Shown: positions 1 through 9,091 of the stretch, one piece after another
Numbering within the stretch: position 1 is the first letter of the stretch
Layout: every line of letters begins with the position of its first letter
NCBI GenBank assembly: GCA_963719225.1
Contig: CAVRAY010000001.1
Coordinates: forward strand, 3,168,001 to 3,232,000
DNA: 64,000 nt
Direction of reading: 5' to 3'
Source of the DNA: Thermoanaerobaculia bacterium
Lineage (GTDB): Bacteria; Acidobacteriota; Thermoanaerobaculia; UBA5066
Position numbers and translations under genes: made by a program
The notes under the pieces: generated by a model
What the model was told of the DNA's origin: nothing
Databases searched by the model: none
The model's input: only the letters and a program-made list of their open reading frames with translations

Positions 1-4
1 GCAC

Positions 5-1048
5 GTGCGGGGGATCGAGGACCCCGCCGAGAGAATCTCCCAGGCGCGGGGGCTCATCCGGTTTCTCGGGGAAGCTGCGCCGAAGCGCCCGCTCTTTTCC
101 GCGATCCTGGACGACACGCTCGAGCACCAGGAGAAGCAGCCGGACGCCGTGCTGTTCCACGACGATCTCGCCGACGCCAACGAGCCTCTCCTGTTCGTCG
201 ATTTCATCGCGCGGGCCAGCCGCCACAAGCTCAAGTTCCTCTCGGAAGCCGACTATTCCGACATGGCCGTGTGGAACGCGGACAGCCCGGCCGGCAGGTT
301 CCTGCTCGGGTTCGGGGGCGAGAACGTGGTCGTGCAGCAGCAGTACCGAGACTTCCTCATCTTCCGGCGCTTCCGCCAGACGCTCCTCTGCCGCGAAGAG
401 GCCTCCACCACGACGGAGCCCGACCCCGAGATCCTCCGATCCCTCTGGGTGAGTTCGAGCACGAGACCGGAATCCGCGAATCCAGACGTGGCTTCGGAGG
501 AGCGCGTGACGTTCAAGACCGAGAAGGAAGGGGACGTGTCGACGCCGCACCCCCTGTCGAAGGCGGCTTTTCTCGAGCTCGGACTGATCTGGCCGCGGTG
601 GGTCCGCGTTTCCGACCTCCTCGCCACCGCCCGCGCGCGCTTGTCGGCGGCCGGCGGCCGTCCGGTCACGGCGGAGGACGAGGCGCGTCTCCTCCGCTTC
701 CTCCTCGGCGCCTACGGCTCGAACGTGGCGCAGCTGAGGAGCAGGGCGTGCCCCTTCGTCACCGAGATTTCGGATCGCCCGCGGGCGAGCGCGCTGGCCC
801 GCTTCCAGGCGCGCACGCGGACCTCCGTCACGAACCTCAAGCATCAGACCGTGCGGCTCGAAGATCCTCTCGTCCGGACTTTCCTCGAGCTCCTCGACGG
901 GACGCGCGACCGCATGACGATCGCCAGGGAGATGGCGGCGGCCCTCCGGGCGAGAGAACCGGCGGCCGAGGCGCTCGCGGCGGACGTCGAGAAGGGAATC
1001 GCCCTCAACTTCGACCGCGTCACCCGGCTCGCGCTGATCGAAGGCTAG
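5..1048 (+). CDS. C-terminal part of a class I SAM methyltransferase with methyltransferase-regulatory domain and PqqD-like C-terminus (5'-truncated by window)
   Basis: Motifs LFHDDL...NEP, FLSEAD, QQYRDFL..RRFRQTLLC, RPRASALARFQA, VTNLKH and LLDGTRD are typical of this family; the frame is open from the window edge. Confidence 0.75.
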   Translation: MRGIEDPAERISQARGLIRFLGEAAPKRPLFSAILDDTLEHQEKQPDAVLFHDDLADANEPLLFVDFIARASRHKLKFLSEADYSDMAVWNADSPAGRFLLGFGGENVVVQQQYRDFLIFRRFRQTLLCREEASTTTEPDPEILRSLWVSSSTRPESANPDVASEERVTFKTEKEGDVSTPHPLSKAAFLELGLIWPRWVRVSDLLATARARLSAAGGRPVTAEDEARLLRFLLGAYGSNVAQLRSRACPFVTEISDRPRASALARFQARTRTSVTNLKHQTVRLEDPLVRTFLELLDGTRDRMTIAREMAAALRAREPAAEALAADVEKGIALNFDRVTRLALIEG

Positions 1049-1073
1049 AGCGGCCGCGTTCCGGCGCCTCCGA

Positions 1074-1682
1074 TCAATCGGGGGGCCGGACCACCAGTCG
1101 GTATTCCATCACGTTGTTGGCCAGCGAGGTCTCACCGGCCACAGGGTCCGCGGACAGCCTGAACAGGAGCTCGGCGGGCCAGTAACCCCGGTCCTTCCAG
1201 GAGGCGATCAGACGGGCGAGGTCGACGTCGGCATACTTGACGTCCGTCCGACCCTTGAGCCGAACGGTCTTTTCCAGCCGAAAACTCGCCGGGAACGTCG
1301 TCTTCGAGCTCTCGAGCAGTTGACTGTCCGTGATGCCTTCGGTCTCCTGCCAGTTCGTCAATCCCACGACGGGAAAGACCTCGAGAACGACCCGGACTTC
1401 CACGTCCCGGCCGTTCACGACGCCGACGACGTCGATCTTGTCCGGAGCGAGGCCTCCGTGCTTGTCCCAGCGAACGAGCCGCGGGTATTTTCCGTGCTCC
1501 TTCGCCTCCGCGCTGTCGGGCGCGAGCTTCGCGTAGAGCACGAGGCCGGAGACGAAGACGTCCCGCTCAGCGGCGGGTGCGACCCCCGGAGCGACGAAGA
1601 GGAGCAGCAGGGCGCCGGCACGCGCGGCCCGGCGCGTTTTCTCGGAGACCTCAGTCCACGGAGAGGTGAATGTGATCGTCAT
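1074..1682 (-). CDS. Exported hypothetical protein (candidate immunity/partner of the upstream peptidase); start uncertain
   Basis: Basic-hydrophobic signal-like N-terminus (KTRRAARAGALLLLFVAPGVAPA) followed by a beta-rich body; overlaps the stop of the upstream gene. Confidence 0.6.
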   Translation of the reverse strand: MTITFTSPWTEVSEKTRRAARAGALLLLFVAPGVAPAAERDVFVSGLVLYAKLAPDSAEAKEHGKYPRLVRWDKHGGLAPDKIDVVGVVNGRDVEVRVVLEVFPVVGLTNWQETEGITDSQLLESSKTTFPASFRLEKTVRLKGRTDVKYADVDLARLIASWKDRGYWPAELLFRLSADPVAGETSLANNVMEYRLVVRPPD

Positions 1683-2070
1683 GTGCGGCCACGGTCCAGT
1701 TCGACTTGTGCTTGTGAAGGAACTTCGGGCCGAAGTTCTCGCGGATCTTGGTTTGGTTGTCGGCCTCGTCCTGCAGAGCGTCGACGATCGCCTTGACGGA
1801 GGCGTCGCTCGAGTACGTCGTACTGATGTACTTGCCGTTGATGCGCGAGATGTCGATCGCCTTCCCGGAGTAGTGCCGCGAGCCGGTCGCGTGCGTTCCG
1901 TTCGTCGTGGCCGACACATAGATTTTTTCGAGGCTGTTCCCGGTCGCCACTCCGCTCTTGACGAAACCCGTGAGGAGGTCGATGAGATCCTGATTCACAT
2001 CATTGTCGGCACCCGACGCGTACTCGACGTCGACGTCGTTGATCTTGGCGCCGATCTTCGCATCGGCCAT
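1651..2070 (-). CDS. Small M15/LAS-type Zn peptidase (putative peptidoglycan hydrolase), no signal peptide
   Basis: GGAGG RBS before ATG at 2070; H-x6-D motif (SRHYSGKAIDI) and C-terminal HxH (HDDHIHLS). Confidence 0.7.
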   Translation of the reverse strand: MADAKIGAKINDVDVEYASGADNDVNQDLIDLLTGFVKSGVATGNSLEKIYVSATTNGTHATGSRHYSGKAIDISRINGKYISTTYSSDASVKAIVDALQDEADNQTKIRENFGPKFLHKHKSNWTVAAHDDHIHLSVD

Positions 2071-2184
2071 GAAGAACCTCCCTCGTCGAGAGGTGCGGAC
2101 TCTAGCAGATCGTCCGGGCTCACGGCCCGGCCGTCGCCGGCGTGCGATAGACTTTGGAAAAGGGCCCGAGCCGAGGAGGTAACC

Positions 2185-3018
2185 GTGTTGCGCGAGCGGA
2201 TACATGGACCCGTGCTCGACTCCCACCTCTACACGGCCGAGCGCAACGCGCACCGGAACGCCGATCTCAACTTCATCCTGAGCGTCTACCTCAACCGCGT
2301 CGAGCCGGACGGCTCCGGGTTGTTCGCAGATTCCGGCGGAGGAATCACGCCGATCCTCCGCTGGCCCGACGACGAGTGGACGCACTTCCGTCGCGAGTTC
2401 TACAACTGGGTCAAGGGCTTCTTCAGGGAAAGGTTCTGGCTCGTCCCGCCTCGCGGGTATTCCGGCCTCGATTGGCCCGATATCCGGCCGACCCACCGTC
2501 CGAACGTGAAGTGCGGCCTGACGCTGTGGGTCCACGAGCGGCCCGAGCATGCCCGCATCGGCATCAACTGCATTTACCCGGTGCCGGGCCAGACCTTGCG
2601 GTCGGGCGTGAGCCCGTGGGACCACTCCGGCGAACTCGCCGCCGTCGACACCACCATGCAATCGGCGAACCCCGTGCCGACGACATCGGAGGTCCAGGAC
2701 CAGGTCACCGTCCTCCACGAGGTCGGTCATCTTCTCGGGCTCTCGCACGTCAACCGTTACGGAAAACCCTGCCCCAAACAGGACACGAACGCGGTCGCGT
2801 GCTACGGGACGACGACATGGCAGCGCGGCGACCTGATGGGCTGGGGAAGCCGGGTCGAGCTCTGGCATTCGTGGCCGTGGCGGGACCGGATCCGGTATCA
2901 CACCGGCGTCGGGGGCTGGACCGCGGTCATGTCTCGGCCGGAACCGCGGCCGCTCTCCCCCGATCCCGGGATGGACGCCGGAGTGAGGCCCGGCGTCATC
3001 CGCGACGCCGGCATCTAG
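2185..3018 (+). CDS. Metzincin-type zinc metalloprotease, no signal peptide
   Basis: GAGGAGG RBS and GTG at 2185; HEVGHLLGLSH (HExxHxxGxxH) and Met-turn-like DLMG. Confidence 0.75.
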   Translation: MLRERIHGPVLDSHLYTAERNAHRNADLNFILSVYLNRVEPDGSGLFADSGGGITPILRWPDDEWTHFRREFYNWVKGFFRERFWLVPPRGYSGLDWPDIRPTHRPNVKCGLTLWVHERPEHARIGINCIYPVPGQTLRSGVSPWDHSGELAAVDTTMQSANPVPTTSEVQDQVTVLHEVGHLLGLSHVNRYGKPCPKQDTNAVACYGTTTWQRGDLMGWGSRVELWHSWPWRDRIRYHTGVGGWTAVMSRPEPRPLSPDPGMDAGVRPGVIRDAGI

Positions 3019-3084
3019 CGGGGAGCGACCCTCTGAAAGGCCGACGGAGCGCGAGCGCCCCGACGCAGCCCGCAGTGTCTCCCG

Positions 3085-4603
3085 TCAACGCTTCGGCTTG
3101 CGCCCTCGGTTCGTATCCTGACTCGGAGCGCCCGACGCCGCGAGCTGGCGGGCTTCGCGGGTCTTGGGGTGATCCGCGCCCAAGGACGGCTGCAGGTTCT
3201 TGAGCGCCGAGGCAAGGGCGACCCGCGCTTCCTCGAGCTTGCCCTGAGCGTGGAGCGCGCGGCCTGACATCAGATATGCACGTCCGATACGGCTGGAGAA
3301 CGCTTCCGGCACGGTGGCCTTTTGCTCCATGGCGAGGGCCCTCTCGGCGTCGGCCCGCGCATCGTCGAAACGACCAACTTTCAGATACACGTCGGCCCGG
3401 CGCATCAGGTAGTTCGGGAGGTAGTCGAGGCCCTGCGGGTTCCGCTCGGTCAGAGCGAGCGCCCGATCCGCCTGCGCGACAGCCTGCCGGCCATCACCTC
3501 GCGCCATGGCAAGCATCGAACCGTATGACGCCAATGCCGAAAACGCGATGTGACCGGCGGGCATCATTCGTTTCCACCTCGGCTCGAGCTCGGCGAGAAC
3601 CTCCGATGCTCGCGCGAAGTCGCCCTGCTCGACGCAGATTCCAAAACGAACGGACAACGCCTGGTTGACCACGATCTCGTCACGTGCCTGCCTGGCCTTC
3701 GCGTACGCCCGACCGGCGTAGTCCGCCGCCTCGGAGAGACGGTTGAGCTCCGTGAGCGTGCGGGCGAGGTTATTGAGCAGCATCGGCGATACACGCGGTC
3801 GTGACCGCGCCGCTCCCCGCCATCTGCTCAGGAGCGGCGTATTCGGGCGTCAGCACCCGCCCACCTTCGCGTGTCAGCGCCGTAGCCTGGCCCGAGCCCC
3901 CTTCCCCCTCGAGCAGCTTCGCGATGCCGAAGTCGAGCAGCTTCACGCGACCGTCCGTCCCGACGAGCACGTTGGAGGGCTTGATGTCCCGGTGCACGAT
4001 CAGATTGGCGTGAGCATGGGCGACAGCAGCCAGCACGTCGAGGAAGAGACGAAGGCGGGCCTCGACTCCGAGTCCCTTGCCGTCGCAGTAGCGGTCGATC
4101 TCCTCGCCCTCCACGTAGTCCAGCACGAGATAGGGCTGGCCGCTCGTCGACACACCCGCATCGAGCAGACGCGCGATGTGAGGATGAGAGAGGCGGGCCA
4201 AGACGCTGCCCTCGCGCTGGAAGCGCTCCTCGCCGGCACGGCCGACGAGGCTGGCGTTCAAGAGCTTGACCGCCGCCTGGCCCTCGAAGCGGCCGTCGCT
4301 GCGCCGAGCGAGCCAGACGTTGCCCATACCCCCCTGACCGATCAGCGAGATCAACGTGTAGGCGCCTATCGTCTGGCCAGCCAACGACGCCGCCGGCCAC
4401 GGTCCCGGAGCGGCCTTTTCGAGGAATCCCTCCCGGCTCAGAACACTCCGTTCCTCGAGCAAACCCTCCAGGTCGGCGGCGAGCGCCGGGTCCTCGGCTC
4501 GCAGAGACGCCAGCCACGAGCTGCGCTCCTCGCCCGCCATCTCCATCGCACGTTCGAGATAGGGACTGAGGAGCTGCCAGCGTTCCCGGCTCAGCACGGA
4601 CAT
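3085..4603 (-). pseudogene. ECF-associated Ser/Thr kinase-TPR gene with internal deletion and frameshift
   Basis: Kinase motifs GQGGMG, AVK, HRDIKPSN, DFG and TPEYAAPEQ stop abruptly at about 3795 and join out of frame to a TPR tail (LLNNLARTL...LGADHPKTREAR); kinase subdomains IX-XI are absent. Confidence 0.75.
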
Positions 4604-4619
4604 GTCTTCTCTTCCCGTG

Positions 4620-5202
4620 TCAAGCGAGCGCCTCCCGCCGAAGAGCGCGATGGAGATAAATGCGGGCCTTCTCCCATTGCCGCTGCACCGTGCGTTCCGA
4701 CACGCCGCGCATGGCGGCGATCTCGGCGAAGGAAAACCCGCCGAAGAACTTGAGGTCGATGACCTGGGCCAGCCACGGCTCGACCGCGGCGAGATCGTCC
4801 AGGGCCGAGCTGATCTCGACCAGCTCCTTTTCGTCGGCCACCCCTTCGCCGGCCTCGCCGTCCAGCGACGTGATTTCGAAGCCGCCGCCTCGCTTTTGAG
4901 CCTGGCGGCTGCGCGCATAGTCGATGATGAGGCCGCGCATCACCTTTGCGGCGTAGGCCATGAAGCGCCCGCGGTCGGGGAAGACCGCGGCCTCGCGCCG
5001 GGAGATGTCGAGGTAGGCCTCGTGGAGGAGTGTGGTCGCGCCGATCGTCACGCCCCCCCCCCCCGCTGCGCGCCAGCTGGCGTTTGGCCAGCCGGTGCAG
5101 CTCCGAGTACAGCGCGGCGAAGGGGGCATCCGCCGCGGAGCGGTCGCCGCCCTCCGCTGAAGAGATGAGCGACGAAATTGTCGACGCCACGAGGGTCTCC
5201 AC
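4620..5202 (-). pseudogene. ECF sigma factor (TIGR02999/ECF43-like), frameshifted in a G12 run
   Basis: N-part LYSELHRLAKRQL and C-part ATTLLHEAYL...IDYARSRQAQKRGG...SERTVQRQWEKAR are in different frames that meet at the C-run 5053-5064. Confidence 0.8.
5053..5064. repeat. C12/G12 homopolymer tract inside the ECF sigma gene
   Basis: Read directly; removing one base restores the frame. Confidence 0.85.
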
Positions 5203-5321
5203 CTGAATAGAGCGCCGCGATGCTACACCTGCCCGGACACGCCCGTCTGTCGTCTTTTTCCCTCCGTTTTCGATCTCTTAGGTGAGAGGCGACGATCGCT
5301 TCGAGGAAGGAGGGTGATCCC

Positions 5322-6239
5322 GTGACGATAACAGCAGCGGGAATCGCATCGCTCGAGAACAGCTTGTCGACATCGGTCGAGGCCTTCATCGCGACTGGTC
5401 TCTCGGACTGGGCACAGGCAGCCGAAGGGGCGATCAACGACGCCAGAGATCCAGACGAGGCTGATTCGGAGATATTCTGGCTGATCGCTCTTGCGGGAAA
5501 CATGCTCTGGGCATCGACTGTATTTTTTCCGCCTGCAGCCGTGGTTGGCGAAATTACAACCGCCACGAAGGCCGCTTCCCTGCTGGGCGCAGCTCTGGGA
5601 TCAGGCACGGTCCAAAAACTTTTCATCCGCCCCCCGAAACCGGATGGCGCGAAGGCCTTTCTCCGCGACGTCGTCGCTGCCAGGAAAGACGCACTTCGGG
5701 AGATGTATGTCGGGGCCGCTGATGAATGGATAAAGCGGGTACTGGCCCCCTACGTCATCGAGGACGTCTCCGGACTGCAGTGGGAAGGCCGTGGCCGCCC
5801 TGCTCCTGAAGTATTCGACCAGGACCTGCAGAAAGTCACGGTTCATGGCCAGGCCAGGCTGCGCGACTTCACGGTAGAGCACTTCCTGTTCCCGGGCGCG
5901 CCCTTCACGGCCAAGGAACAAAGCGTCGGAATGAGAAACCTCATGGTCAAAGAGCTTCAAGGAGCGCTCCTAGACTTCAACCAACAGTACCTTTATTGGA
6001 TAGGGGGCCGACAGCTCTATATCGAGCAGAACAGTTCATACGATGATCTCATGCGTACCAAAGGCGAGGAGCGAGAGCTGGGTGAAGAGTACGAAAAACA
6101 GTCGCCGTTCAGCCCACAGCTAAAATTTACCGGCGTGCCCGCATCCGTTCGGATGTCCGCCCCCATTTCGAATTACTTCGTGTTCAACACGGTCGGAGCG
6201 GTCGTCGCGCGGTGGGTGGACGTCGTCTCGAGTCCGTGA
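5322..6239 (+). CDS. Hypothetical protein with hydrophobic N-terminal segment and atypical (lower GC) composition
   Basis: 305-aa ORF, AAGGAGG RBS before GTG; segment WLIALAGNMLWASTVFFPPAAVVG. Confidence 0.65.
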   Translation: MTITAAGIASLENSLSTSVEAFIATGLSDWAQAAEGAINDARDPDEADSEIFWLIALAGNMLWASTVFFPPAAVVGEITTATKAASLLGAALGSGTVQKLFIRPPKPDGAKAFLRDVVAARKDALREMYVGAADEWIKRVLAPYVIEDVSGLQWEGRGRPAPEVFDQDLQKVTVHGQARLRDFTVEHFLFPGAPFTAKEQSVGMRNLMVKELQGALLDFNQQYLYWIGGRQLYIEQNSSYDDLMRTKGEERELGEEYEKQSPFSPQLKFTGVPASVRMSAPISNYFVFNTVGAVVARWVDVVSSP

Positions 6240-6286
6240 CTCCCGAGTCTCCGGACTCTCGGGCGAATCCCCTTCGCTTCTCGACG

Positions 6287-7063
6287 TCAGCCCTTCAGCG
6301 CTTCGGGAGCGTTCGCCTCGATGACCTCGAGGAGCTTTTCGCGGAAGGGATCCTTCATCTCCTCGATGTCCCGGGCGTTCACCACCTCTTCGAAGGCGTT
6401 CAGACCGGAGATCTCCGTGCTCTCGATGAGGACGTCGTCCGGGGGCCGCACGGTTCGGACGCTCGAGGAGATGCACGTGACCGGGACCTCGCCGAGACCC
6501 GGGAGCTTTTCCGTGACGACCGGGAACCGGAGAGCCTCGAAAACCGCGAGGAGCCCGGCCTGCCGCGTGAGAACGGTATCCAGGACGAGCGCGTGCAGGA
6601 TCACGTTCTTGACCTGCGAGGCGTCGGGTATTTTCGCGGACATGAGCTCCCTGAGGCGCGTGGGCGCGAGTCCCGAGTACGTGAGGATCCACTTGAGGGG
6701 CTGCGTCACGGTGACGGTCTTGCTCTCTCCCCCCGACTTCGCGACGTGCAGATAGTCGAGAGGAACGAGCTCGACGTTGGAGCTCAGGATCTCGATGGGA
6801 TGGCTCAGCTCCTTCGGAAGTCCGTAGGGCCGGCCTCCCGCGACCGCCTCGTAGCGGCTTCGGAGATCTCGGAAAGCCGCATCCGAGCCCTTGACCTCGG
6901 CTTTCGCGCTGCCCTCGACGAAATCGCCGAGGATCGTGCGCGGCCTCAGCAGCAGAGTCACGGTACTCAGATGCTCCTTCAGCTCCGAGCGGAGCGATTC
7001 CGCGATCGCCCTCGTCAGCTTCCGGAGCGCCCGGAGTTTCTGGAGATCGTACCCTTCGTCCAT
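6287..7063 (-). CDS. Hypothetical protein, paralogue A of a tandem pair
   Basis: 258 aa with host-like codon usage; aligns along its whole length with the upstream gene. Confidence 0.8.
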   Translation of the reverse strand: MDEGYDLQKLRALRKLTRAIAESLRSELKEHLSTVTLLLRPRTILGDFVEGSAKAEVKGSDAAFRDLRSRYEAVAGGRPYGLPKELSHPIEILSSNVELVPLDYLHVAKSGGESKTVTVTQPLKWILTYSGLAPTRLRELMSAKIPDASQVKNVILHALVLDTVLTRQAGLLAVFEALRFPVVTEKLPGLGEVPVTCISSSVRTVRPPDDVLIESTEISGLNAFEEVVNARDIEEMKDPFREKLLEVIEANAPEALKG

Positions 7064-7097
7064 CTGACCTGAATCCTCCGTTCGGTCGCGGGGCGCC

Positions 7098-8213
7098 TTA
7101 GGCATTCCCGTTTTCCCCGTTCTTCTCGGCCTCGACGATTTCGAGCAGGCGCGCACGGCGCGGATCCGCCATTCCAGCGACATTCGTCACGCGGACGATC
7201 TCCTCGGACGCGTCCACACCCGAGAGATCGGTGCTCTCCAGGATGACGTCGTCGGAAGGGCGCTCGGTCTTCACGGCGGACGTGATCACCGTCAAGGGCA
7301 GCTCACCGAACTCGGGCAGCGTCTCGGTCCTTGCGGGAAAATTCAGCGCCTTGAGGAGGTCGGCGAGCCCGCTTTTGCGCTCCAGGACGACGTGCAGGAG
7401 GAGGTGGTGCGTCAGAACGCGCTGGAGCTCGTCGCGCGAGCGGTTCGGGTCCGCGATGAGGGCGCGAAGGCGCGCGAGGGAGAACCCGGCGTAGGTCACG
7501 ATCCACGTCAAGGGGGCGGTGACCATCACACGCTTGCTCTGACGCTCCGAGCGTGCGACGTAGGGATAGTCCAGCGGGAAGATCTCGAGGGCCGACGTGT
7601 TGATCGGGAGCGGAGGCGTCAGGCCGATGCCGATGTCGTAGGGCCTCTTTTTCGCGACGGAATCGTAGAGGCTCTCGACGTCCTGGAACGCGCGATCGGC
7701 CCCCTTCACGGCTTCCTTGAGGGCGATGTTCGCTTTCGCGTACTTCTTCGCGTCCTGCAGCTCTTTCACGGTCGGCGGAGCGGCCGCTTCGCGCTTGACG
7801 TTGAGCTCCGAGCCACGGCCCCACCGGTCGGGACCCAGCTGCGCGCGCGGGCCCGTCTCGACCTCGGGCTTCGCGGAAAGGACGCTTTTCTGCACGTAAT
7901 CGCCGAAGACGGTCTCGGCATGGAAGAGCGGCGTCAACGTCTCGAGAATCGTCTCGAGCTGCGAGCGCAGGTGCACCGACACGGACTTCGTCAGCTTCCG
8001 ATAGTGGCGCAGCCGGGCGAGAGTGACGGGCGGCTCGACGGGAAGCTGCAGGACGGCGGCTTTCGGCGCCGCCGGAGCCTTGCGGTCCTCTTTGGGGGCC
8101 GACCCGGTTTCACGTTTCCGAGCCAGATGCCTTCTCCTTCCGGACCTCCGGCTCGCCACGGGGCGGCGCGACGGAGCGCTCAAATCGCCTGAATCTGTGG
8201 AATTGTAATCCAT
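7098..8213 (-). CDS. Hypothetical protein, paralogue B (N-terminal extension plus ~50-aa insertion); start uncertain
   Basis: Shares RKLT, GD(F/Y)V, VKG.D.AF, RPY, PLDY, PL.W..TY.G, RP.DDV..EST..SG with 6287-7063. Confidence 0.75.
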   Translation of the reverse strand: MDYNSTDSGDLSAPSRRPVASRRSGRRRHLARKRETGSAPKEDRKAPAAPKAAVLQLPVEPPVTLARLRHYRKLTKSVSVHLRSQLETILETLTPLFHAETVFGDYVQKSVLSAKPEVETGPRAQLGPDRWGRGSELNVKREAAAPPTVKELQDAKKYAKANIALKEAVKGADRAFQDVESLYDSVAKKRPYDIGIGLTPPLPINTSALEIFPLDYPYVARSERQSKRVMVTAPLTWIVTYAGFSLARLRALIADPNRSRDELQRVLTHHLLLHVVLERKSGLADLLKALNFPARTETLPEFGELPLTVITSAVKTERPSDDVILESTDLSGVDASEEIVRVTNVAGMADPRRARLLEIVEAEKNGENGNA

Positions 8214-8242
8214 GAGGGCCGCGCGCCCCGCTGGAAGCGCCC

Positions 8243-8989
8243 TCAAACGCCCTTCCGGCCAGTCAGTTCCGCGAAGACGCCACGGAACACGTCCTCGACG
8301 GGGCGGGGCTCGGAGACGTCGGGATGGGCCGAGGTCCACTCCGGGGCGAGGACGAGGGGAACCCAGGGAATGAAGCGCGTGATGGGGCCGGCCGCCCCGG
8401 CTCGCGCCAGCGCCGGCCAGACCTTCGTCGGCAGCTCGACCTGGTCGATGATCCCCGGTTTCGGGTCGGCGCAGTTCGCGGCCGGCGAGGTGACGAGGTA
8501 CTCGCGACAGCTGATCGGCCGATCGGCATGGATGGAGCAGCTTTCCTCTTCGAGAAACGGACACGGGATGCCGAGGTGGAAGTACGCGAGTCCGAATGGC
8601 GTCGCTTCGCTTTCCACGAAGCTCTCCCGGTCCTCGAGCTTCGCGAGAAGTCCCGCCCCAGCCAGGCGCTCGCGAGCGCGCGTGAACCGGTCGCGGATCT
8701 CCGAGCGCCGAGGCTCGGGAAGCTCGTCGACGAGCCGGCCGATGCGGCGCGCCTCGACCTCGGAGATCGGGACGAGCTGGCGGCAGCAGGCGCCGCAGCC
8801 CTTCCGGCACGAGACGGTTCGCCCCTCGGCGTTCGCCCGCGCCTCGGCCAGACCGACGATGCCGTCCGCGACCTTCTGAAAAACGGGCAGGAGCGATTCC
8901 AGCCGCGCGGGTGCCGCCGGGAGGCTCAGCTCCATCTCGACCTCGTCGTCCCAGACCTTCATTCCGACGCGAATCGTCACCTGACGCAT
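8243..8989 (-). CDS. YkgJ family cysteine-cluster (CxxxCxxCC) protein
   Basis: SCRKGCGACCRQLV and CPFLEEESCSIHADRPISCREY. Confidence 0.85.
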   Translation of the reverse strand: MRQVTIRVGMKVWDDEVEMELSLPAAPARLESLLPVFQKVADGIVGLAEARANAEGRTVSCRKGCGACCRQLVPISEVEARRIGRLVDELPEPRRSEIRDRFTRARERLAGAGLLAKLEDRESFVESEATPFGLAYFHLGIPCPFLEEESCSIHADRPISCREYLVTSPAANCADPKPGIIDQVELPTKVWPALARAGAAGPITRFIPWVPLVLAPEWTSAHPDVSEPRPVEDVFRGVFAELTGRKGV

Positions 8990-9091
8990 GGAAGACGACC
9001 TCTCCGTCCGAACGTGTAGCGCCCCCTTCGGCGGGAATCAACAGAAATCTCCCGACCGGGCCGGCCTCCGATCGGGCCTAAGATTCGGACG

